DNA of 48,815 nt from the IMG/VR virus record IMGVR_UViG_3300034171_000048, positions 1 through 48,815 of that record; one strand, given 5' to 3'. This document shows, piece after piece, positions 7,332-17,121 of the stretch. Below the pieces are notes generated by a model, which was given only the letters and a program-made list of their open reading frames with translations, did no database searches and had not been told where the DNA came from. The translations under genes were made by a program, and so were the position numbers. Position 1 is the stretch's first letter, and every line of letters starts with the position of its first letter. This stretch comes from a virus. Taxonomy: Duplodnaviria; Caudoviricetes.

Positions 7332-9056
7332 TTGGTTTTACATTACAAAAAAAGGAGAGTGATTATTATAATTTTCATAGATTTTGAGGTATTTAAATAT
7401 AATTGGTTAATATCCTGGCTTGATACAGATACAAAGAAAACACATTTTATAGTTGATAATAAGTCACAACTTGAAAATTTTTATGAGCATTACAAGGATA
7501 CGATAATGGTAGGGTATAATTCAAGAAATTATGATAATTATATTCTAAAAGCTATATTATGTGATTTCAACCCTTATGAAATGTCAGATTGGATTATAAA
7601 TAAAGACCGTAAAGGCTTTGAATTTTCTAAACTATTAAATAATTTTCCCATACTCGGATACGATTGTTCAGTAGGATTCAGAAGTTTAAAAGAACTCGAA
7701 AGTTTTCAAGGTCACAGTATAATTGAAACATCTGTTCCATTTGATATTGATAGACCATTAACGAGAAAAGAATTGTTATCTACAATTGAATATTGTAAAA
7801 CTGATGTTATGGAAACATTTGGGGTATTCATTGAAACTCAAACTGAATTTTTATCTCATATGGGATTAATTAAAGAATTTGGACTTGATATTTCATGTAT
7901 TAATAAAACTAAGGTTCAGATGTCAGCTATAATTTTAGGAGCAGTGAAAAAGAAACATGATGATGAATTTGACATTGTATTTCCAGATACTTTAAAATTA
8001 GGTAAACATGAATGGATTAAAGAATGGTATAAAAATTGGGGAGATAATGTAAAAGATTATGAAAAAATGAAATTGGGAACCACCATAAATGATGTGCCAC
8101 ATACTTTTGGAATTGGAGGTTTGCATGGTGCCATAAACAAATACTATGGAGAAGGATATTTTCTGATGGCGGATGTAAGTTCTTACTATCCTGCTATGAT
8201 GATTGAATATAACTATCTATCTAGGAATGTATTGAATCCAAAAAAATATACACAAATACGTGATGATAGATTAATTATGAAAGCTAATAAAGATAAAAGA
8301 CAAGGGCCACGTAAGATTGTACTCAACGGTACGTTTGGAGCCTCGAAGGATAAATATAATAATCTATACGACCCAAAACAAGCGAACGGTGTATGTATAG
8401 CAGGACAGTTACTACTCCTAGACTTGATAAACGCATTAGAAGGTAAATGTCAGCTTATTCAGTCAAATACAGATGGTGTGTTAGTCAAATTATACAGTAA
8501 GGATGATAAAGAGGAGATTGTATCCATATGCAATGAGTGGTCTAAAAGAACAAGAATGGATTTGGAGTTTGACGAATACTGTAAGGTAATTCAACGTGAT
8601 GTAAATAACTATATAATCATGGATGATAAAGGAACTATAAAACGTAAAGGTTCAGTGGTTAAAAAGCTGAGTCCATTGGACAATGATTTACCAATTGTAA
8701 ATAGAGCAGTTGTGGATTACTTCACAAAAGGTATTTCAGTTAAAACTACAGTTAATAAATCTAAGTTATTGCTTGATTTCCAAAAGATAACTAAGATTAC
8801 CAGTAAGTATGAGTATGGTTCACACAATGGCAAGAAAATATATAATAAGGTACAGAGGTGTTTTGCCAGTAAAGACTCTAGTGATGGTACGTTATATAAA
8901 AAGAAACGAGATAAGGACACATTAGATAAAACTGCTTCGACTCCCATATCATGTTTTATAGATAATGGCGATATTACAGAGAAGGGCATTCCATCTAAAC
9001 TAGATAAACAATGGTATATAGACTTAGCACAAAAGAGAATTGATGATTTTGTATAA
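7332..9056 (+). CDS. Family B DNA polymerase with 3'-5' exonuclease (start probably ~7359-7371)
   Basis: ExoI DFEVF, ExoII GYNSRNYD, ExoIII YCKTDV; motif A DVSSYYP, B KIVLNGTFG, C NTDG. Confidence 0.9.
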   Translation: MVLHYKKRRVIIIIFIDFEVFKYNWLISWLDTDTKKTHFIVDNKSQLENFYEHYKDTIMVGYNSRNYDNYILKAILCDFNPYEMSDWIINKDRKGFEFSKLLNNFPILGYDCSVGFRSLKELESFQGHSIIETSVPFDIDRPLTRKELLSTIEYCKTDVMETFGVFIETQTEFLSHMGLIKEFGLDISCINKTKVQMSAIILGAVKKKHDDEFDIVFPDTLKLGKHEWIKEWYKNWGDNVKDYEKMKLGTTINDVPHTFGIGGLHGAINKYYGEGYFLMADVSSYYPAMMIEYNYLSRNVLNPKKYTQIRDDRLIMKANKDKRQGPRKIVLNGTFGASKDKYNNLYDPKQANGVCIAGQLLLLDLINALEGKCQLIQSNTDGVLVKLYSKDDKEEIVSICNEWSKRTRMDLEFDEYCKVIQRDVNNYIIMDDKGTIKRKGSVVKKLSPLDNDLPIVNRAVVDYFTKGISVKTTVNKSKLLLDFQKITKITSKYEYGSHNGKKIYNKVQRCFASKDSSDGTLYKKKRDKDTLDKTASTPISCFIDNGDITEKGIPSKLDKQWYIDLAQKRIDDFV

Positions 9057-9060
9057 ACGG

Positions 9061-9089
9061 TTGACAAATTACCCTTCGTAGTATATACT
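9061..9089 (+). promoter_or_regulatory. sigma-A promoter
   Basis: TTGACA-17-TATACT. Confidence 0.8.
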
Positions 9090-9120
9090 GAGGGTAACAA
9101 ATTAATTAAGGAGGTTTTGT

Positions 9121-11028
9121 ATGGTAGAATTGTTTAAAGGGTATCAGCTTAGTGAGTATAAATCTCCAATTGGAGTAGTTGATGAAGCACATAGACTAAG
9201 TGAAAAACCAGTTGATTGTGATTATGTTGGAATTTTAAAAGATGAATTTGTTCAAATTGATTTTGATGATGATTGGGTTTGTGAGATTGTAAAGCAAATA
9301 GTAATTGATGAAAAGCTACAATGTTGTATGTTACAAAGTGAGAATGGTATTCACTTATATTTTAAAAATGAAGGTAAGGTTAAAAAAACTGGTGTTCATA
9401 AGAATTGTGGTATAGGATTACCAATGGATTTTGGTGTAGCAACTACTAATAAAATAAGAACTGTACCATTGAGAACTACTAAAATTGTAGATGGTATAAC
9501 CACAACTCACTTACGAGAATGGTTATATGCTCCAGATGAAATTGAAGTTATACCAAGTTATTTTATTCCAATATACAGAGAGTTTGACCAAAGTTTAAGA
9601 GTTGCAGAAGGAAGTAGAAATGACCTATTATGGAATCACAATTTCTTCCTTCAAACCTCATTGATGTTCACTTATGACGAGATAACTAAGATAAGTAGAA
9701 TGGTTAACAAATATATGTTTGAAACTCCACTTCCAGATGATGAAGTTAGAAGCATAACAAGAAAGGATGCTTTCTCAGAAGAATTGTTCTTTGGAAAGAA
9801 GGGTAACTTCCTTCATAATAAATTCGCTGACTGGATGTTACTTAATTGTAATATCGTAAAGATTGAAAATATTCCTCATATATACAGTAGGAAAGGATTA
9901 TATACTGCCGAAGATGATGAGTTTAAATGGGTAATGACCAATAAGATACCAACATTAAAAGATGCTCAAAAAGAGGAAACCTTAAAGTTTGTACACTTGA
10001 TGTGTAGTAAGGAACAAAGTTTTGCTAAAGCTAGATATATTGGATTGAAGGATAGTATATTAGATATAAATACAATGGAAGAATTTCCTTACTCTCCAAA
10101 TTGGATTATAACTAATAAGATTGAGCATGAGTATATTCCAAGCGCTTATTCAAAAGTCATGGATATTACTCTGAACAAGGTATCCTGTAATGATAAGCAG
10201 ATAAGATTGATATTAGAAGAAATGATTGGTTATTCTTTATATCGTAAGAATATTATGCAGAAATGTTTTATATTAACTGGTGGTGGTAATAACGGTAAGT
10301 CCGCAGTATTAGACGCAATCAAGTTATTGCTTGGAAATAGCAATATAACTGCTCTTAGTTTACAAGACTTGGAAACAAGGTTCAAACCTGCCGAAATGCA
10401 CAATAAATTAGCCAATATTGGTGACGATATAAGTGCTAAATCAATGGAAACTGCATCAGTATTCAAGAAAGTTGTAACTGGAGAATCATTCTCCGTTGAG
10501 AAGAAGTATGGTCAACCTTTCGATTTATCATCATATGCTACACAGATATTTTGTGCAAATAAATTACCTAAAATCAAAGATAAAACAGATGGTTTTAATC
10601 GTAGAATAGTATTACTTCCATTCAAAGCTAAATTTTCAGAAAATGATGCAGACTACGATATAAATATAGGTGAGAAATTAGCAAGTGAAGAATCTATGCA
10701 GTACCTATTAAAACTTGGAGTAGAAGGTTTAAAGAGAATTATAAATACTAAGAAATTTACAACATCAGACAAAGGTATGGAAGAACAAGAAGAATATAAA
10801 ATAGCAAATAATAGTGTACTAGCATGGATTGACGAAACAGAGTATAAAATACACAATGAAGCTATGACAGATGTATTGCTTGTGTATAAAGTGTGGTGTG
10901 TAGAAGGTGGTTATGTTCCAATGGATAGGGCAAGCTTCAAAACAGAGATATTAAAACTAGGATATAAAGATACAAGAAAGAATATAAATGGTAAAACTAC
11001 AAGGATATATATTAAGGAGGAAATTTAA
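9121..11028 (+). CDS. Primase / SF3 helicase (P4/D5-type)
   Basis: DFD and GIHLYF primase motifs, EGSRND, Walker A GGGNNGKS, IGDD, FCANKLP. Confidence 0.9.
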   Translation: MVELFKGYQLSEYKSPIGVVDEAHRLSEKPVDCDYVGILKDEFVQIDFDDDWVCEIVKQIVIDEKLQCCMLQSENGIHLYFKNEGKVKKTGVHKNCGIGLPMDFGVATTNKIRTVPLRTTKIVDGITTTHLREWLYAPDEIEVIPSYFIPIYREFDQSLRVAEGSRNDLLWNHNFFLQTSLMFTYDEITKISRMVNKYMFETPLPDDEVRSITRKDAFSEELFFGKKGNFLHNKFADWMLLNCNIVKIENIPHIYSRKGLYTAEDDEFKWVMTNKIPTLKDAQKEETLKFVHLMCSKEQSFAKARYIGLKDSILDINTMEEFPYSPNWIITNKIEHEYIPSAYSKVMDITLNKVSCNDKQIRLILEEMIGYSLYRKNIMQKCFILTGGGNNGKSAVLDAIKLLLGNSNITALSLQDLETRFKPAEMHNKLANIGDDISAKSMETASVFKKVVTGESFSVEKKYGQPFDLSSYATQIFCANKLPKIKDKTDGFNRRIVLLPFKAKFSENDADYDINIGEKLASEESMQYLLKLGVEGLKRIINTKKFTTSDKGMEEQEEYKIANNSVLAWIDETEYKIHNEAMTDVLLVYKVWCVEGGYVPMDRASFKTEILKLGYKDTRKNINGKTTRIYIKEEI

Positions 11029-11615
11029 TGACAACTAGAATTAATGGTGTAGACGGTAATTGGAAGAATGTAAAGAATAAGTGTAGGACTACTGTTGGTA
11101 AGGAGTACTCCTCACTTGAATCTACCTCAGAGTTTAGAAGAAAATTGCTCATATCAGAGCACAGTCCAATAAGGCTCATATCGGTGGATTGGACATGGGA
11201 TAATATAGAATATTGGTTATCAACTGAATGGTCGAGACACAAATTTGAGAAGTTTATCAGCACACAGAGAACTGACAGAACTGGGGTCGATAGAGAGGAT
11301 AAACCACAAGGTTCAAGGGTCAAGTTTGATGGGTATGCTAACGCACAGAATTTAATAGATGCTTGGAGAAAGAGGCTATGCAGACAAGCAGACCCAAAAG
11401 CCACTAAGCTAGCATTGGATTTCAAGAGTGCACTTCATGATTTTGAGCCTGAATTGGCGGATATGCTTGTTCCCAACTGTGTATATAGATGTGGCTGCCC
11501 AGAATTTACTGCTTGTGGTTTTTGGGAACGATTCAAGGAGTGTAACTTCGATTGTGCCTTATTGGAAATAGACACAAGGTACGAATCATATAACGAAAAT
11601 TATTATACAACATAG
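11028..11615 (+). CDS. thyX: FAD-dependent thymidylate synthase-like protein
   Basis: SEHSPIR, EWSRHK...STQRTDR, RKRLC, LVPNCVY. Confidence 0.78.
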   Translation: MTTRINGVDGNWKNVKNKCRTTVGKEYSSLESTSEFRRKLLISEHSPIRLISVDWTWDNIEYWLSTEWSRHKFEKFISTQRTDRTGVDREDKPQGSRVKFDGYANAQNLIDAWRKRLCRQADPKATKLALDFKSALHDFEPELADMLVPNCVYRCGCPEFTACGFWERFKECNFDCALLEIDTRYESYNENYYTT

Positions 11616-11617
11616 TG

Positions 11618-11646
11618 TTGACAACCTCCTTTGTATGTGGTATAAT
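11618..11646 (+). promoter_or_regulatory. sigma-A promoter
   Basis: TTGACA-17-TATAAT, extended TG. Confidence 0.85.
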
Positions 11647-11682
11647 TAAGCCAAGTTAAAGAAGGGGAGGGAAAATGGAAAG

Positions 11683-11865
11683 ATGAATTACAAAGACTGG
11701 TTATTTAGTAGATTTACTATAAGTAATGTTAAATGGTATTTTAGGACTAAGAATCATTTAAAAGAGGGAAAATGTGTATTGGTTGATGGGTATACGAATT
11801 TAGTTTTTTACAAAGAAGATAAATGCACATGTGTACTAAATCCATTTAAATATGAACTTAAATAG
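11683..11865 (+). CDS. Hypothetical protein
   Basis: ORF downstream of promoter and G-rich SD. Confidence 0.55.
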   Translation: MNYKDWLFSRFTISNVKWYFRTKNHLKEGKCVLVDGYTNLVFYKEDKCTCVLNPFKYELK

Positions 11866-11908
11866 TGGCATACTTCAAATAGTGTGTGATAACAATAATT
11901 AATAAGGA

Positions 11909-12151
11909 GTGATTAAATTGACAAGAAGAAATGATGTTGATGAAATTAATTTAACAATAGAAGATTTTGAGGTGCGTAAAGATTTTATTAGAATATCATG
12001 GAGTTCTGATATCGGGTTTGGGGCGTATGATTTGATTAAAGGAGAGGATGAGTGGAGGGCTATGAGCGAGTGTATGGATAATAATGAAGATAAAGAATTT
12101 ATAGAAACATTACTTGGATTATTTGCTAAAGAACTAAATATAGTGGAATAG
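11909..12151 (+). CDS. Hypothetical acidic protein (start probably TTG 11918)
   Basis: SD AAGGAGTGA; ORF track. Confidence 0.6.
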   Translation: MIKLTRRNDVDEINLTIEDFEVRKDFIRISWSSDIGFGAYDLIKGEDEWRAMSECMDNNEDKEFIETLLGLFAKELNIVE

Positions 12152-12205
12152 GGGGGGGGTGCGTCACAATACAAAAAACATTGGGAAGTAAATTGAACAC
12201 CATGC

Positions 12206-12234
12206 TTGACATAGATAGTTAAGTGTGGTATACT
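12206..12234 (+). promoter_or_regulatory. sigma-A promoter directly upstream of mazF-like gene
   Basis: TTGACA-17-TATACT, extended TG. Confidence 0.85.
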
Positions 12235-12265
12235 TAAGTCAAGTCAGAGAGGGAGGGTAAAACAA

Positions 12266-12595
12266 ATGAAGCAAGTAGTTAAAGGCGAAATATATTACGC
12301 AGATTTAGGAAGTGGCAAGGGTTCAGAGCAAAATGGTGTACGACCAGTAATTATAATTCAAAATAATCATGAGAACAAATTCTCATCAACAACAATAATA
12401 GCACCAATAACAGGACAATTCAAAAAATTTGATAAAACTCATATAATACTAGATTGCTTGAGAAAAAAATCAAATATACTACTCGAACAAATGAGAGTTG
12501 TTGATAAAAGTAGATTAAAAGAATACATTTGTAAGGTTGATGACAAAACTATGATTGAAATTAATCGTAAAATACTCATTACACTTGGTATATAA
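12266..12595 (+). CDS. mazF: PemK/MazF-family endoribonuclease, no adjacent antitoxin
   Basis: GEIYYADLG..GSEQNGVRPVIIIQN...TTIIAPIT...ILLEQMRVVDKSRL. Confidence 0.9.
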   Translation: MKQVVKGEIYYADLGSGKGSEQNGVRPVIIIQNNHENKFSSTTIIAPITGQFKKFDKTHIILDCLRKKSNILLEQMRVVDKSRLKEYICKVDDKTMIEINRKILITLGI

Positions 12596-12611
12596 ATGTG
12601 AAGGAGGATAT

Positions 12612-12818
12612 ATGATATTATATAGTAATAGTTGCCCAAAATGTAAAATATTAGAGGAAATGTTAATTGATAAAGGATTTATATTTCAGAAAACAAACAA
12701 CTTCGCAAAACTAATACGATTGGGTTTTAGGTCCGCACCAGTATTAGAAATAGAAAATACAGATATACTATTAACGTATGACGAAGCAATAATATATATA
12801 AAAGGAGATAGAATATAA
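12612..12818 (+). CDS. Glutaredoxin/NrdH-like redoxin, copy 1
   Basis: LYSNSCPKC, GFRSAPVL; SD AAGGAGG. Confidence 0.8.
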   Translation: MILYSNSCPKCKILEEMLIDKGFIFQKTNNFAKLIRLGFRSAPVLEIENTDILLTYDEAIIYIKGDRI

Positions 12819-13036
12819 TGGTAATGGTGTTATATAGTAACAACTGTCCAAGATGTATCATATTAGAGAGGGAGTTAGAAAGACTTGGTTTGGATTATGA
12901 AAAGTGCAACAACTTCACAAAAGTAATGATGATGGGGTTTAGGTGTGCACCAGTATTAAAGATACAAGATGGTGTTATGTTAAACTTTGATGAATCATTA
13001 AGGTATTTAGACGAAAAGGAAAAGGGGAGACGATAA
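12818..13036 (+). CDS. Glutaredoxin/NrdH-like redoxin, copy 2
   Basis: LYSNNCPRC, GFRCAPVL. Confidence 0.8.
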   Translation: MVMVLYSNNCPRCIILERELERLGLDYEKCNNFTKVMMMGFRCAPVLKIQDGVMLNFDESLRYLDEKEKGRR

Positions 13037-13038
13037 TA

Positions 13039-14820
13039 ATGGCTAGGAAATTAATAAATTCAAAAGAGATAGTAGAAGGTTATTTATTTGATAAAACGTG
13101 GAGGGTTAAAGAGAACTCAAATTCTCCAAAATCATTTGGTGGGTTGAACAAGTATATAGCTGGAGAAGTTAGTAAAAATTATTGGTTGAATGATGTATAT
13201 ACCGAAAAGATGAAAAATGCTTATCTAAAAGGTGACATGCATATACACGATTTAAGTGGTTTAACCCTTTATTGTTGTGGATTTTCTATGGAGAACATAT
13301 TAAATTTGGGCATTCAAGGGGTAAGCAATATCCCAACGTCGGCTCCTGCTGGTCACTTTGATTCTGCATTAAATCAGATTGCCAACCTTATAACAGTATA
13401 TCAAAATGAAATAATGGGAGCTGTAGCGTTGAATAGCTTAGACACCTTTCTAGCTCCATTCATTGCCAACGATAACCTAACTTACAAACAAGTTAAACAA
13501 TCAGTACAGAACTTCATATACAGTATCAACAGTAATTCAAGAGGTGGAGCAGAACCAGCATTCACCAATGTAACACTTGATGTAACTGTTCCAAGTGACA
13601 TGAGAGATAAAGCCGTTATAATTGGTGGTAAAGCCACTTGTGATACCTACTCGGAGTTCCAAGATGAAATCAACATCTTCAATGATGTATTCTGTGACCT
13701 AATGCTTGAAGGTGACGCAAAAGGTGAGCCATTCGCTTACCCAATAATAACTTATAACATCAGTAAGAGTTTTGATTGGGATAGTGTGACAACCGATAAA
13801 ATGTTTGAATTAGCAGGAAAGTTTGGTTACCCTTATTTTGCTAACTTTATTAACTCTGATATGGAAGAATCTGATATTCGTTCAATGTGTTGTAGGTTTA
13901 GAATTGACCTGAGAGAACTTAGAAGACGCAATGGTGGATTGTTTGGTAGTGGTGATTCAACTGGCTCTATAGGGGTGGTAACGATAAATTTACCAAGGAT
14001 AGGTTATGAAGCTACTAGCGAGAAAAACTTGTTCAAACGGTTAGATAAAGTGCTTATATTGGCTAAAGATTCTTTGGAATTGAAACGCACATTCCTAAAG
14101 GATATAATATTGGATGGTGGTATGATTCCTGCATATAGCAGATATGTAGGTACACTGGATAATCATTTCAGCACTATCGGAGAGATTGGTAAGAATGAAA
14201 TGTGTGAGAATTTCCTTGGAGAAGATTGTGATATACTATCAGAAGAAGGTAGTGCATTATCACTAAGAGTTGGGGAATTTTTCAGAACGAAGTTAGCTGA
14301 TTTTCAAGAGGAAACTGGAAGTCCGTACAACTATGAATCAACTCCAGCAGAGGGAACATCTTACAGACTAGCCCTTAAAGATAAGCTACAATACGCAGAT
14401 ATAATAACAAGAGGTACGGAGGATGCCCCATACTACACAAACTCATGTAACATCCCAGTAGCCAAGATTACGAGCATACACGATACCTTTGAGCATCAAG
14501 ACGAGTTTCAGACACAATATACTGGTGGCACAGTGGTTCACAACTATCTCAATGGTGCTATTAGTGGGGCAAAGGCTAAACACATCATTAGAACTATACT
14601 CACGAAGTATAAAGCACCATATACAGACATATCTCCAATAAATAGATACTGCGAGGAACATGGATATATTGAGCAACATGTAGACGTATGCCCAGAATGT
14701 GGTAAAAAAGTAGAAATGTATCAAAGGGTCACGGGCTATATAAGAAAAGTTTCAAATTTCAATGTAGGAAAATCACAGGAGTTCAAAGAAAGAAACCAGT
14801 TAGATGGAAATAAACAATAA
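13039..14820 (+). CDS. nrdD: Anaerobic (class III) ribonucleotide reductase, no ATP cone
   Basis: HIHDL, YCCG, SMCCR, TPAEG, YYTNS, CPECG, glycyl-radical motif RVTGY. Confidence 0.95.
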   Translation: MARKLINSKEIVEGYLFDKTWRVKENSNSPKSFGGLNKYIAGEVSKNYWLNDVYTEKMKNAYLKGDMHIHDLSGLTLYCCGFSMENILNLGIQGVSNIPTSAPAGHFDSALNQIANLITVYQNEIMGAVALNSLDTFLAPFIANDNLTYKQVKQSVQNFIYSINSNSRGGAEPAFTNVTLDVTVPSDMRDKAVIIGGKATCDTYSEFQDEINIFNDVFCDLMLEGDAKGEPFAYPIITYNISKSFDWDSVTTDKMFELAGKFGYPYFANFINSDMEESDIRSMCCRFRIDLRELRRRNGGLFGSGDSTGSIGVVTINLPRIGYEATSEKNLFKRLDKVLILAKDSLELKRTFLKDIILDGGMIPAYSRYVGTLDNHFSTIGEIGKNEMCENFLGEDCDILSEEGSALSLRVGEFFRTKLADFQEETGSPYNYESTPAEGTSYRLALKDKLQYADIITRGTEDAPYYTNSCNIPVAKITSIHDTFEHQDEFQTQYTGGTVVHNYLNGAISGAKAKHIIRTILTKYKAPYTDISPINRYCEEHGYIEQHVDVCPECGKKVEMYQRVTGYIRKVSNFNVGKSQEFKERNQLDGNKQ

Positions 14821-14897
14821 ATAATGATTGACAAGTCCTACAAGGTAGTGTATTATATATCTTGTATGCAAATAAAAACAACGGGGGGGAATGTAAA

Positions 14898-15467
14898 ATG
14901 AATATTAAATATAAATTTATAACACATGAGGTACTTGGTGATGCCGTTTTTGTGGGTGCTACAATAGTGGCAGATGGATGTAAGTTCAAATGCAAGAATT
15001 GTCATAACAAAGGGTTGAAGAAAGAAAAATCTGTAACAGATAGTGCAGAGAATATTATAGCTGAGATTAAACAGAATTCATTCAACGAAGGAATAATCCT
15101 AAGTGGCTTAGAGTGGAGTTTACAACCATTAGAACTTATTGAACTATGCAGACTAGCATCAGATAATGAACTTAAAGTTGCAATCTATACAGGTTGCGAA
15201 TTGACACAGTTCCATCAGAGACTAGGTATGGCTTGTGCTAAGAAAACTGGATTGATGGTAGAAGTTGAAGCTGGTATTGAAACTGAGAATGATAGATTGG
15301 TGTATGCTTATATTGGAAGTACAGTATTGGATGAATATATAAAAGACGAATATTATATAAAAACTGGTCTGTACGATGAAACAAAACTTGTTGATGATAA
15401 CACACCATTTGGAATAAAACTTGCCAGTAGTAATCAGCAAATCTACAAAATAAAGGCGGTTAAATAA
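14898..15467 (+). CDS. nrdG: Radical-SAM activase of class III RNR
   Basis: GCKFKCKNCHN CxxxCxxC, IYTG, ASSNQ; follows nrdD; own promoter TTGACA-17-TATTAT at 14828. Confidence 0.85.
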   Translation: MNIKYKFITHEVLGDAVFVGATIVADGCKFKCKNCHNKGLKKEKSVTDSAENIIAEIKQNSFNEGIILSGLEWSLQPLELIELCRLASDNELKVAIYTGCELTQFHQRLGMACAKKTGLMVEVEAGIETENDRLVYAYIGSTVLDEYIKDEYYIKTGLYDETKLVDDNTPFGIKLASSNQQIYKIKAVK

Positions 15468-15973
15468 TGGACATTAATGTTAAATATTTCGGTGATGATG
15501 TACCAAGACTTGTTAAGAAAGATAGAGCAGATTGGGTTGATTTATCAGTAGCAAATGTCTTTATAGTAGACAATAATGAACATAACATTAAATTAGCTCT
15601 TAAGCATAGAATGGTTGACCAGTGGGGTGATAATGATAGACTATGGTTTGATAAAGGTAGTGTAATTGTTATGAGATTTGGTATAGCAGTAGAGTTACCA
15701 CATGATAAGAAAGCTAATGTACTGGTAAGAAGTAGTTTATTCGCTTCATATGGCCTGATACTAACCAACGGTGTTGGATGTATAGACCATGTATATAAGG
15801 GAAATGATGACGAGTGGATTGGTGTATTCTACTGTACTAGAGAAGGATATATAACACAGTATGACAGGGTGTGTCAGTTTGAAGCAACAGATAGAATGGA
15901 TGCTACACTCCATGAGGTAGATGAATTAAATAATGTTGACAGAAATGGATATGGTCAGAGTGGTAAACAATAA
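15467..15973 (+). CDS. dut: Trimeric dUTPase
   Basis: RSS, NGVGCIDHVYKG, DRVCQF, RNGYGQSG. Confidence 0.88.
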   Translation: MDINVKYFGDDVPRLVKKDRADWVDLSVANVFIVDNNEHNIKLALKHRMVDQWGDNDRLWFDKGSVIVMRFGIAVELPHDKKANVLVRSSLFASYGLILTNGVGCIDHVYKGNDDEWIGVFYCTREGYITQYDRVCQFEATDRMDATLHEVDELNNVDRNGYGQSGKQ

Positions 15974-15999
15974 GTCGAAATTGAAAGGAAGATTAATTT

Positions 16000-16152
16000 A
16001 TGTTAGAAAAATTAGCCAAATGGTATTTAATTAGATGTATGAAAGGGTTAAAAAGCACTGAAATAGTTATTAATGAAGAATTTTGGACTTACAGAAAGAG
16101 GAATAAAGAGAGAGAAGAGTCTATAAAAAAGACATTAGCTTTAATAAAATAA
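16000..16152 (+). CDS. Small hypothetical protein (50 aa)
   Basis: SD AAAGGAAG; MLEKLAKWYLIRC...*. Confidence 0.55.
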   Translation: MLEKLAKWYLIRCMKGLKSTEIVINEEFWTYRKRNKEREESIKKTLALIK

Positions 16153-16255
16153 TAGGGGACAGCACGGGGAGAAATCCCCTTACATAATTTAAAATAGTTG
16201 TTGACATTGATTCAAAATGATGATATACTGTATTTAATGAAGGGAGACAGTTAAT

Positions 16256-16575
16256 ATGAATTTAACAATTAAATATGATGTTAGTGCAACGGACTATTGT
16301 GGTGAATTTGTTGAGCCAAATATAATTAAAATTTATGTGAATCAATGCAGAAAGGTTAAAAGAAGCATAAAAAATGTAATTGCACATGAACATGTACATT
16401 ATATTATTTATAATATTAATATTCTGCATTATTTAATTAATAAACTAAACGGCCACAGTATAAAAAATGTAGGAACAAAGGAATTATAAATCCTGATGAA
16501 GTTTATAAATATTTGATTGAGGAAAATATATGTGATTTTATAGCAAATATAATAAGCAAAAGATACTATAAATAA
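16256..16575 (+). pseudogene. HExxH metallopeptidase (ImmA/IrrE-like) split by a -1 frameshift
   Basis: IAHEHVH in frame 0 (stop 16489); EENICDFIA in -1 frame (stop 16575); A AAA AAT at 16462-16468; promoter TTGACA-17-TATACT at 16201. Confidence 0.55.
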
Positions 16576-16597
16576 AATTATAAAAGGGGAACTGGTT

Positions 16598-16759
16598 ATG
16601 AAAGAAAGAAGTTGTGAAGATTGTGGTTACTGTAAAGAACATTTATATTTTAGTTATTGTGGTTGCTATGAAAGACAAGACCTTGTTGCATCAAAAAGTT
16701 TAGATTACAGCGAAGCAGAAACTTGTGAGTTTTATGATGATGATAGTTGGATGAAGTAA
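16598..16759 (+). CDS. Small Cys-rich protein (53 aa)
   Basis: SD AAGGGG; CEDCGYC...CGC...CEFY. Confidence 0.6.
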   Translation: MKERSCEDCGYCKEHLYFSYCGCYERQDLVASKSLDYSEAETCEFYDDDSWMK

Positions 16760-16774
16760 GGAGGGTATAATTAT

Positions 16775-16885
16775 ATGATAAACGATATAACATTAATATT
16801 ACAAGTGGCTTGGAAGATGCATTGGTTATGGATACCCGTAATATTTATATTGTTAGCAGAAGTAATTTACGAAAATAAAAAATAG
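16775..16885 (+). CDS. Small membrane peptide (36 aa)
   Basis: SD AAGGAGGG; WLWIPVIFILLA. Confidence 0.5.
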   Translation: MINDITLILQVAWKMHWLWIPVIFILLAEVIYENKK

Positions 16886-16947
16886 TTCTTGACAAGCTGA
16901 ACGATAAGCTGTATAATGAATTTAGAGTTAAGAGGGGGGAATTATAA

Positions 16948-17121
16948 ATGGAAGATGTTAAAGACTTAAACTGTGGAGATTGCAAAGAGAGAAATTGTGC
17001 TAAGGATGACCACAGAGTACCATGTTGCTTATATTGTAAACATATTATGGAACACATTATATGCTCTAAATGTAGAGGAATAACTAATAGTTTGGATTGT
17101 AAATTTAAGGAGGTAGAATAA
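16948..17121 (+). CDS. Small Cys-rich protein (57 aa)
   Basis: Promoter TTGACA-17-TATAAT at 16889; CGDC..C..CCLYC..CSKC. Confidence 0.6.
   Translation: MEDVKDLNCGDCKERNCAKDDHRVPCCLYCKHIMEHIICSKCRGITNSLDCKFKEVE

Noticed and set aside
12151-12159. G9 run as phase-variation tract
   Set aside because: Lies at a stop codon/intergenic site; similar G runs (14883, 16934) serve as SD sequences
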